DNA of 54,475 nucleotides from Ignavibacteria bacterium. Its GTDB lineage: Bacteria; Bacteroidota; Ignavibacteria; Tepidaquicellales; OLB5. A program made the translations under genes and the position numbers. The first letter of the stretch is position 1, and the number at the start of each line of letters is the position of its first letter. Where the stretch lies: positions 1-54,475 of the forward strand of contig JABFSP010000207.1 of assembly GCA_013140565.1 (NCBI GenBank), read 5' to 3'. Below are positions 47,690 through 54,475 of this stretch, piece after piece. The notes below the pieces were generated by a model. It did no database searches, was not told where the DNA came from, and saw only the letters and a program-made list of their open reading frames with translations.

Positions 47690-48904
47690 ATGAAAACACT
47701 ATTAACAATATTCCTTTTTTTACCGGTTATAGCTTTATCTCAATGGGTAGTCAGACCCTCAGGTCATACTGATATTATTTACGGTGTATCATTTTCTGAT
47801 ATCAACACCGGCATGGCATGCGGCGAGGCAGGCAGAATACTGAAAACTGTTAACGGCGGTATGACATGGAGCCAGGTAAACCAGAATAACCAATACTGGC
47901 TTGGCGGCATTCATTTAATTGATAACAATACTGCATGCGCTGTCGGTTACCCGCAGAAAATTCTGCGTACAACAAATACCGGAGGCTCGTGGACTCAGCA
48001 AGGCGGTACAAACTTCATCCCGTATTATTCCGTGAGCTTTAAAGATGCCAATACAGGACTCATCTCTGGCTATGTCGGAACCCTGCTGCGTACAACTAAC
48101 GGAGGTCAGACATGGGTACAGGTTGCCGGTGCACCACAAGTAAGTTTAAACACTGTAAAATTCATTGGCGGCGATAAGGCAATTGTTCTTGGTTTTTATG
48201 GACTGATGCTTTATACAACAGATGCAGGTGCTACATTCAGTAATCTTACCAGCGGCACTACCGCTGATCTTTACGGAATTTCATTTGTTGATAATAATAC
48301 CGGATTTGTTTCAGGCTCAAATGGAACAATATTAAAAACAGTTGATGGCGGCATAAGCTGGCTTCCTCAAACTACACCGGTTGCTAATACCCTGAACAGT
48401 ATCTCATTTGCCAATGCTTTGACGGGCAACGCAGTTGGATATTCATCAGTAATACTGCGCACAACAACCGGCGGTGATAGCTGGTATCAGCAACAATCCC
48501 CTGTCAGCAATATTACATGGTTTGGCGTTCAGCTAACATCAGCGCTAAACGGAGTAATCGTAGGCGGAGCGGGAAAAATATTATACACAACAACAGGCGG
48601 TGATCCCATAGGAATAGAACCCATCAGCAGTGAAGTCCCCGAAAAATTTTCACTCTCTCAAAACTACCCAAATCCGTTTAACCCAACAACTAATTTCGAA
48701 TTTCAGATTGCCGAATCCGGATTTGTTAATTTGACAATTTATGATGTAATGGGAAAAGAAGTTGGATCACTTGTAAATGGTGATCTAAAACCAGGCACAT
48801 ATAAGGCTGACTGGAATGCTGCAAACTATCCAAGCGGAGTGTATTTTTACAAGCTTACTTCTGCCGACTTTACTGAAACAAAAAAAATGATATTGCTGAA
48901 ATAA
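47690..48904 (+). CDS. BNR/Ycf48-like beta-propeller protein with T9SS C-terminal sorting domain
   Basis: Signal peptide MKTLLTIFLFLPVIALSQ. Repeats TVNGGMTW, TTNTGGSW, TTNGGQTW, TTDAGATF, TVDGGISW, TTTGGDSW. CTD is LSQNYPNPFNP...SGVYFYKL..KKMILLK. Confidence 0.75.
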   Translation: MKTLLTIFLFLPVIALSQWVVRPSGHTDIIYGVSFSDINTGMACGEAGRILKTVNGGMTWSQVNQNNQYWLGGIHLIDNNTACAVGYPQKILRTTNTGGSWTQQGGTNFIPYYSVSFKDANTGLISGYVGTLLRTTNGGQTWVQVAGAPQVSLNTVKFIGGDKAIVLGFYGLMLYTTDAGATFSNLTSGTTADLYGISFVDNNTGFVSGSNGTILKTVDGGISWLPQTTPVANTLNSISFANALTGNAVGYSSVILRTTTGGDSWYQQQSPVSNITWFGVQLTSALNGVIVGGAGKILYTTTGGDPIGIEPISSEVPEKFSLSQNYPNPFNPTTNFEFQIAESGFVNLTIYDVMGKEVGSLVNGDLKPGTYKADWNAANYPSGVYFYKLTSADFTETKKMILLK

Positions 48905-48932
48905 ACCGGTCATAATAACGCAAATCATATCA

Positions 48933-48970
48933 AAGCAGGTCTAAAGCATGATTTTTGACCTGCTTTTTTT
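48933..48970 (+). terminator. Rho-independent terminator after the 47690-48904 gene
   Basis: 9-bp stem AAGCAGGTC / GACCTGCTT followed by T7. Confidence 0.7.
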
Positions 48971-49170
48971 GTTGCTTCGTTATGACAATTCAGTTTTTTT
49001 ATCATTGGAAAAACCCTGATTACAGAGTTTTTTCGCTATTTTTACACAAATTCACCGATATTACCCTTTCAAAACATGGTACTTTCCAAAATGCAATTTC
49101 AGTTTTCTCTCTTTGTTCAGGGCTATATCCGTTTCCTATCTTTGTAGCAGTTGAATGAAACACCAAAAAA

Positions 49171-49210
49171 CAAACAACAAAACAAACAACAAAACAAACA
49201 ACAAAACAAA
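49171..49210 (+). repeat. 12-nt tandem repeat (CAAACAACAAAA x3.3) in the leader of the 49227 gene
   Basis: Perfect copies at 49171-49182, 49183-49194 and 49195-49206, plus a partial CAAA. The tract is purely A/C and sits 17 nt upstream of the probable ATG. Confidence 0.85.
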
Positions 49211-49226
49211 GAAAGGATTTACCAAA

Positions 49227-50735
49227 ATGAAAACTTCAACAACATTCACAAAAAACGTTTTAATAGCAGCAGTATTATTTACATTATTCGCTTGTTTCAC
49301 TTTATCATTAAAGGCTCAATATTCACAGCAATGGGTAAATAATATCAGTAATGCTGTTACAAATAACGGGGTACATTCAGTAACAGATCCTGCCGGTAAC
49401 ATTTATGTAGGAAATGGAAATAAACTGGTCAAATTCAATCATACCGGCGCGCAGCTGTTCTCAAATACATATAACGGTATGAGTATAATGGCAATTCAGG
49501 AAGATTCAAACTATATTTATGTTTCAGGTAGAGTTTCAAATACTGAAATATTCCTGAAGAAGATCAATTATAATGGCACAGAAGTATTTAACAAAAGTAT
49601 TAATATGCCGGGTAACTACGTTGGTATACTGTCAATTGCGGTTGAATCAACAGGTAATATATATGTTGCAGGCTTTAAATCACCGAGCGGAGATTTTGCA
49701 AATGGTCTGCTTATAAAATTTGATCAAAATGGTAACCAGCTTTGGGAATCCAGCGACTACAGGGCGCCAATAACAAAAGTAATGCTTGATGACCAGGGAA
49801 ATGTTTATATAGGAGGGGTTCATTCTTCACCTTACTCAACACATCATAAACACTTTGTATATAAGTATAACTCAGCAGGCACAAGAATTTGGTCAACTTC
49901 AGGAACCGAGGGCGCCACTTCGAGAATTGATATGGTTGCAACATGGTATGGCAATGTATTCCTGGTAAGTAACAATGGAATTTTCAGGTATATCGGAGAC
50001 GGCTCTTTGTACTGGAGCAATACCGCGTTTAACGGAAGTACGATCACTGTTGATAATGATGGTTACGTAATTGCCGCAGGAATTGTCTACAACGCATCTT
50101 CATCAAACGATGTTTGCACTATAAAACTTGATATAAACGGAAATGAAATATGGAGAAAGATATATTCAGGTCCCGCATTGGGCGCAGACTATCCTTCAAA
50201 AATTGCAATTAACAATACCAATACCATATATGTGACAGGTTCTTCGCAGCAATACGGGCAGTTTAATGATATCTTTATGCTGAGATATTTGCATAACGGA
50301 CAATTAATGAGTACGCATACTTATAACAACCCTTCTAATCTAAGTGATGATGCTACAGGTCTTTCATTAATTAACAATATTTCTGCAGTAGTTACCGGTT
50401 TTTCAGGCAGCGATGTAATTGTTATCAAGTATGCGGATATTACAGGCATAACTTCGCAAAACGAGATCCCTGAAGGCTTCAGCTTAAAACAGAATTACCC
50501 GAATCCGTTCAACCCCAATACAAAGATCGTATTCAGCATTGCAAAGGCTACTTTTGTAAAAATGGCAGTGTATGATATAACAGGAAAAGAAGTTGAAGTT
50601 CTTGTGAATGAAAACCTGGGTGCGGGATCATTCGAAGTGGATTTTAACGCTTCAAAACTCACAAGCGGCGTTTACTTCTGCAAAGTAACCGCGGGTGAAT
50701 TCACCGATACAAAGAAAATGATACTCTCAAAATAA
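49227..50735 (+). CDS. SBBP-type beta-propeller repeat protein with T9SS C-terminal sorting domain
   Basis: GAAAGGATT lies 7 nt before the ATG at 49227, followed by a signal peptide (..VLIAAVLFTLFACFTLSLKAQ). The ORF-track start at 49155 would add a repeat-encoded NNKT tract. CTD is LKQNYPNPFNP...SGVYFCKV..KKMILSK. Confidence 0.7.
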   Translation: MKTSTTFTKNVLIAAVLFTLFACFTLSLKAQYSQQWVNNISNAVTNNGVHSVTDPAGNIYVGNGNKLVKFNHTGAQLFSNTYNGMSIMAIQEDSNYIYVSGRVSNTEIFLKKINYNGTEVFNKSINMPGNYVGILSIAVESTGNIYVAGFKSPSGDFANGLLIKFDQNGNQLWESSDYRAPITKVMLDDQGNVYIGGVHSSPYSTHHKHFVYKYNSAGTRIWSTSGTEGATSRIDMVATWYGNVFLVSNNGIFRYIGDGSLYWSNTAFNGSTITVDNDGYVIAAGIVYNASSSNDVCTIKLDINGNEIWRKIYSGPALGADYPSKIAINNTNTIYVTGSSQQYGQFNDIFMLRYLHNGQLMSTHTYNNPSNLSDDATGLSLINNISAVVTGFSGSDVIVIKYADITGITSQNEIPEGFSLKQNYPNPFNPNTKIVFSIAKATFVKMAVYDITGKEVEVLVNENLGAGSFEVDFNASKLTSGVYFCKVTAGEFTDTKKMILSK

Positions 50736-50755
50736 AACATTGTTAACTTTTCTTT

Positions 50756-50783
50756 AAGCCTGCGCTCTACCGCAGGCTTTTTT
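50756..50783 (+). terminator. Rho-independent terminator of the 49227-50735 gene, overlapping the 3' end of the convergent gene
   Basis: 9-bp stem AAGCCTGCG / CGCAGGCTT with a 6-nt loop, then T6. The stop codon and last codons of the minus-strand ORF lie inside the hairpin. Confidence 0.6.
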
Positions 50784-52218
50784 CTATTTTATCAATTCTT
50801 TCCAGTAACCAGGATTTATTCACCATCGCTTTGCTGTCTGAAATATCATTTCTTATCCTGAACAGGTCATAGTCACGTTCTCCCAGCCTGTTCTTAATAT
50901 CAAAAAGCTTTTTGGTGTAATTTACATAACTGTTAATAACATTCCTTGTTACTTCAGGAATGTGTTTTTCGTTCAGCAAAAAATGCCTGTAACTATCCAC
51001 GTGACTGTAGAACGGCTCTGTCTCGTTCATATCGTAATAGATCTTCAGGTAAAGAGATTTCAGCTGGTGTTTATATGATAGGTCATCAGTCTTTACCCTT
51101 GCCGCCATATTAAGTGCATCGTTATAGCGGGTTTTATTATAAAACACCAGCGCACGGCTGAAGTTATATGAATTTTCCCTGTTTGTATCATCAAGCTCTG
51201 CTTTGTATTTCTCAATAAATTCTTCAACCCAGGCGCTGTCACCTGCATCAAGCCCTGTTACAACTACGTTCAAATACTGGATGTGATCCAGGTAATTCCT
51301 GCTGCCTTTATAGAATCCGCGCACAATATTTTCTTTATACAGCAGAAAGTGTTCTTTCCTGAAATTAAGCTCACCTTTGTTTACTTTATAGTAACAGTAG
51401 TTAGTAAGGATAGTAAAAATATCTCTCCTGTCCTGTTCCCCAAACTGTTCGTAAGAACTGTAAACTATTGATTTAAGTTCATAGAAATATTTTTCATCCT
51501 GCGTTCTTGCAAGTTTAAAAGCATTATAATAATACTGAAGATATGTTATTTCAGGAAATTTTATTATCTCCTTTTCAGCATAAATTTCCAGTTCGCTTAG
51601 CGCTGTATCCTTTTCAAATTTGAACATTCTGAGATTAGAGTTTGCAATATTTGTTTCACTTCTCAGCATTGAGATCAGAAATGAAACTGTCAGATTTTCC
51701 GCGCTTTCTCTCAGCATATCATTTGAACTGTAAAGGGCACTTTTTTTATTGCTCAGGAATCTTCTGCTTTCATATATCAGGACAAATTTATCATAATAGT
51801 ACTGCTCATCCTTTACCGCTGAACTTTCCAGAATTTCTTTAGCCTTCACTTCTGACCGTTCAAACAGCTTTATCATTTTTCTTTCACTTAGTTCCCTCAT
51901 AAGTGCTACCCTGCCTGAAAATTCATTGGACTGCTGCCTTTTTACAGTCAAGTAACTCTCCGCAAGTTCAAGTGTTTTGGAAAGGATATTCCGCATCACA
52001 CCATCATTATATTTTTTACCGGGGTAAAGTTTCGCAAATACTTTTTCTTTTTCAAAACTGTGACCGCTAAATGAGGGGTAGTATTTTTTCATTACTTCAT
52101 AAAATTTCACCTGTACCGCCTCTTTATTGTAGAACGGTGATGATACAAATAAACCGAATTCTTTAAATTCAGCTTCATTGAATGTACATACCAGGTCAAT
52201 TGCTTTGCTTGTTATCAT
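50767..52218 (-). CDS. Hypothetical all-helical (TPR/helical-repeat-like) cytoplasmic protein
   Basis: 483-aa ORF with no signal peptide or TM segment. It is rich in K/E/Y/L with helical periodicity. No family recognised. Confidence 0.5.
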   Translation of the reverse strand: MITSKAIDLVCTFNEAEFKEFGLFVSSPFYNKEAVQVKFYEVMKKYYPSFSGHSFEKEKVFAKLYPGKKYNDGVMRNILSKTLELAESYLTVKRQQSNEFSGRVALMRELSERKMIKLFERSEVKAKEILESSAVKDEQYYYDKFVLIYESRRFLSNKKSALYSSNDMLRESAENLTVSFLISMLRSETNIANSNLRMFKFEKDTALSELEIYAEKEIIKFPEITYLQYYYNAFKLARTQDEKYFYELKSIVYSSYEQFGEQDRRDIFTILTNYCYYKVNKGELNFRKEHFLLYKENIVRGFYKGSRNYLDHIQYLNVVVTGLDAGDSAWVEEFIEKYKAELDDTNRENSYNFSRALVFYNKTRYNDALNMAARVKTDDLSYKHQLKSLYLKIYYDMNETEPFYSHVDSYRHFLLNEKHIPEVTRNVINSYVNYTKKLFDIKNRLGERDYDLFRIRNDISDSKAMVNKSWLLERIDKIEKSLR

Positions 52219-52417
52219 AATTACGTAAAATAATTAATGCAAAGTTAATGTTTTCATATGACAATTAAAACTATCCATTTCAATTATAACTATCTGTAAT
52301 ACATTTAGTTAGTATAATTCACCCGGCGGCAGGGATATTATTCTATGGTGCATTATTTCCAAAAGTTTCTTTGCCGCCTTTATACCGGAAGCCTATATTT
52401 GAAGCAATTAAAAATAT

Positions 52418-52535
52418 TCCTGTGAGAACAAAAACAACAGAATATTTTTCAGTTTCCTATCTCACAGGAGCGGTTTGAAAAATATCCCCGGGGAGAGTTT
52501 AAAGTGATTTAAACTGAAAATTTGACCGGGGATAT
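52418..52535 (+). other. Two adjacent perfect 10-bp-stem hairpins in the leader/promoter region of the 52595 gene (possible structured RNA)
   Basis: TCCTGTGAGA (52418-52427) pairs with TCTCACAGGA (52460-52469). ATATCCCCGG (52482-52491) pairs with CCGGGGATAT (52526-52535) and encloses an inner hairpin, GTTTAAA (52497-52503) / TTTAAAC (52508-52514). Confidence 0.4.
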
Positions 52536-52594
52536 CAAGCCGAAAAAGTTTTTCTAAAAATAATCTCAAGGTGAGATAGAAAGGATTCAATATC

Positions 52595-54202
52595 ATGAAA
52601 GCAGCAATAATCATTTTTTTGGGATTTTTAACATCTCTTATTTCAGTTTCTGTTTATTCACAGCCTGCTCCGCCGGTTGCATGGATGAGAGATTACACAA
52701 GCGGAAGATCCAATGCTATGAAAGTTGACCCCTCAGGGAATGTTTATATTTCCGGTGAAACATATGTCAATGGCTATACTGATTTCTGCACAATTAAATA
52801 CAATTCTGCCGGTGTGCAGCAATGGATGGTAACTTATAACGGCACAGATAACCTTGATGACAGCCCCTCTTCAATTGCCGTTGATAACCAGGGTAATGTT
52901 TACGTTACAGGTACTGCCAATAAAGATTATAACAACCAGGTCTTTTCAGGTGATTATTGTACCATAAAATATAATTCAATCGGGCAGCAGCAATGGGTCA
53001 AAATATACAGCGGAAATGTAATGGGCAGGGATATACCGTTTAAAATTGCGGTTGATGGCACCGGCAATGTATATGTAACCGGTCAATCATACATTGATGA
53101 TCAAAGATCAGATGATATTGTAACAATCAAATATGCCCCTGACGGTCAGCAGCAATGGCTATCGGTACATGATGGAACCGGTACAAATCCTGAACAGGAC
53201 GCGGGAAGAGATATGGTGCTTGACGCACAGGGTAACGTTTATGTTTTCGGGCACAGTACCAGAATAACTTCATGGTATGACCTCTGCCTGATAAAATATA
53301 ACTCTGCAGGTGCCCTGCAGTTCATAGCACACTATACAGGCACTGATAACAGCATTACGGAGTACGGTGTTGCAATAACACTTGATAATGTCGGTAACAT
53401 ATATACTGTCGGTGATCTGGGTGCCGATATCGCAGTATTAAAATACTCCCCTTCAGGAACGGAGCTTTGGGTTTACAAGTATGAAATGCCGTATTTCAGT
53501 AAAGCAATGGATATCACAGTTGATGCAGCCGGAAATGTCTTCTTCTGCGGCTCCATGGGCGCAACAGGTTTTCTAGCCAAACTCAATGGCAGCGGCGCCT
53601 TAATATGGAATAAGATCATAACCGGAACAGGCGGGAATGAAATCGTGAACGATATACTTGTTGATCAGTCCGGTGATGTATACATTACAGGTAAAGTAGC
53701 GGCAGGCTCATACTTTGATCTGCTGGCAGAAAAGATAAATACAGGAAGCACAACACAGTGGCGTGCAACTCATAACGGCTCAGGTAACTATAATGATTTC
53801 GGTAATAGTATAGGATCAGATGCCACAGGTAACATTTATGTTACAGGCGGTAGCAATGTTGGAGGATTTAACAATATGTGTACTATCAAATTTGCACCCG
53901 GAACTATAGGGATTAATCCTGTTTCAAATGAAATTCCGGATGGATACTCTTTATCTCAAAATTATCCCAACCCATTCAACCCGGTTACAAACATTGAATT
54001 CACAATTCCCAGCAGTGCTTTTGTGAAACTTGTTATATATAATTCACTTGGTAAAGAAGTTGAAACCCTTGTAAACGAGAATTTGAATGCAGGGACTTAT
54101 AACGCTGACTGGAATGCCTCAAATTATCCAAGTGGTGTGTATTTTTACATGATAGAAACAGAAGGATTTACAGAAACAAAGAAGATGTTGATTTTGAAAT
54201 GA
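52595..54202 (+). CDS. SBBP-type beta-propeller repeat protein with T9SS C-terminal sorting domain
   Basis: GAAAGGATT lies 7 nt before the ATG. Signal peptide MKAAIIIFLGFLTSLISVSVYSQ. Repeats ..D.CTIKYNS.G.QQW...Y.G.......IAVD..GNVYVTG. CTD is LSQNYPNPFNP...SGVYFYMI..KKMLILK. Confidence 0.75.
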   Translation: MKAAIIIFLGFLTSLISVSVYSQPAPPVAWMRDYTSGRSNAMKVDPSGNVYISGETYVNGYTDFCTIKYNSAGVQQWMVTYNGTDNLDDSPSSIAVDNQGNVYVTGTANKDYNNQVFSGDYCTIKYNSIGQQQWVKIYSGNVMGRDIPFKIAVDGTGNVYVTGQSYIDDQRSDDIVTIKYAPDGQQQWLSVHDGTGTNPEQDAGRDMVLDAQGNVYVFGHSTRITSWYDLCLIKYNSAGALQFIAHYTGTDNSITEYGVAITLDNVGNIYTVGDLGADIAVLKYSPSGTELWVYKYEMPYFSKAMDITVDAAGNVFFCGSMGATGFLAKLNGSGALIWNKIITGTGGNEIVNDILVDQSGDVYITGKVAAGSYFDLLAEKINTGSTTQWRATHNGSGNYNDFGNSIGSDATGNIYVTGGSNVGGFNNMCTIKFAPGTIGINPVSNEIPDGYSLSQNYPNPFNPVTNIEFTIPSSAFVKLVIYNSLGKEVETLVNENLNAGTYNADWNASNYPSGVYFYMIETEGFTETKKMLILK

Positions 54203-54365
54203 CAAAGTCATTTTAAAAGAAATCCCGCTTGCGGGAATATTGGTTAAATAGATAGCACTTAACTTAATTTTACCAGATTCACGGTAGAATAATTTATCAA
54301 AAGATGAATCATATTTGCAGTGTTATTGAAGTACCTCCAATAGATTCACATAATTTTATTAATGG

Positions 54366-54391
54366 GGCAGGTCTTAAGACCTGCCTTTTTT
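54366..54391 (+). terminator. Rho-independent terminator-like hairpin about 160 nt downstream of the 52595-54202 gene
   Basis: Perfect 8-bp stem GGCAGGTC / GACCTGCC with loop TTAA, followed by T6. Confidence 0.55.
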
Positions 54392-54475
54392 ATTTATTGT
54401 TATAGTATTATTGTTATCAAAGTTAAAAGAAAATAAACGAAATAGTATCCCCTCCCCTTCGGGGAGGGTTAGGGT

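Noticed and set aside
48955-49158. 67-aa ORF in the intergenic region upstream of the 49227 gene
   Set aside because: It begins at a TTG inside the terminator hairpin of the preceding gene. The composition is Phe/Cys-rich and non-protein-like, and it has no RBS.
49155-49226. Start at 49155, which would give an N-terminal MKHQKTNNKTNNKTNNKTKK extension. Also the alternative-frame ORF 49151-49342.
   Set aside because: The extension is simply the translation of the 12-nt A/C repeat. The ATG at 49227 has an RBS at the same spacing as the paralog at 52595 and starts the signal peptide. It is kept as an open possibility in the repeat finding.
54450-54468. GC-rich hairpin CCCTCCCC-TTC-GGGGAGGG at the very end of the window
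   Set aside because: It is clearly a stable stem-loop and may be a terminator for a minus-strand gene beyond the window. Its context is cut off, so no call is possible.
1-54475. CRISPR arrays, tRNA/rRNA genes, IS elements, prophage or integrative elements
   Set aside because: The only periodic repeats are the protein-coding sorting domains and the short tandem repeats already listed. The intergenic regions are too AT-rich and too short for tRNAs. No transposase, integrase or phage-like ORF is present.

Overview
AT-rich 54.5-kb chromosomal segment. It probably comes from an FCB-superphylum bacterium (Ignavibacteriota/Bacteroidota-like). That placement is an inference from 15 ORFs ending in the type IX secretion (T9SS) C-terminal sorting domain (..QNYPNPFNP..SG[VI]YFY..K[KR]M.L.K). 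No rRNA, tRNA, CRISPR array, transposase, integrase or phage gene was seen. The content falls into three groups. (1) Housekeeping genes: mutL, ftsY, coaD, rsmD, a comEA-like gene and an hrcA-grpE-dnaJ operon preceded by a CIRCE-like operator. hrcA carries an in-frame TAA ahead of a still-conserved C-terminal motif. (2) A plus-strand surface-polysaccharide cluster (10.7-19.4 kb). It holds a WbpE/WbpB/WbpD-like diacetamido-sugar trio, an initiating polyprenyl-phosphate sugar transferase, a GmhA/HddA-like heptose pair, an SDR epimerase/dehydratase and a Wzi-like outer-membrane protein. (3) A 15-kb run of nine consecutive minus-strand T9SS cargo genes (22.0-37.0 kb), with further cargo genes elsewhere (SBBP propellers, BNR/Ycf48-like propellers, a 1200-aa beta-helix protein). 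The most unusual part is a five-member tandem paralog family (26.9-37.0 kb). It is built on an N-terminal domain of about 280 aa that I cannot assign to a family. That domain is fused to a proprotein-convertase-type P-domain in four copies and to a LamG-type lectin module in one. There are clear signs of recombination between copies: a near-identical 0.8-kb segment shared by the two outer genes, and near-identical sorting-domain 3' ends in the three inner genes. All identity statements are by eye, because no alignments or database searches could be run.
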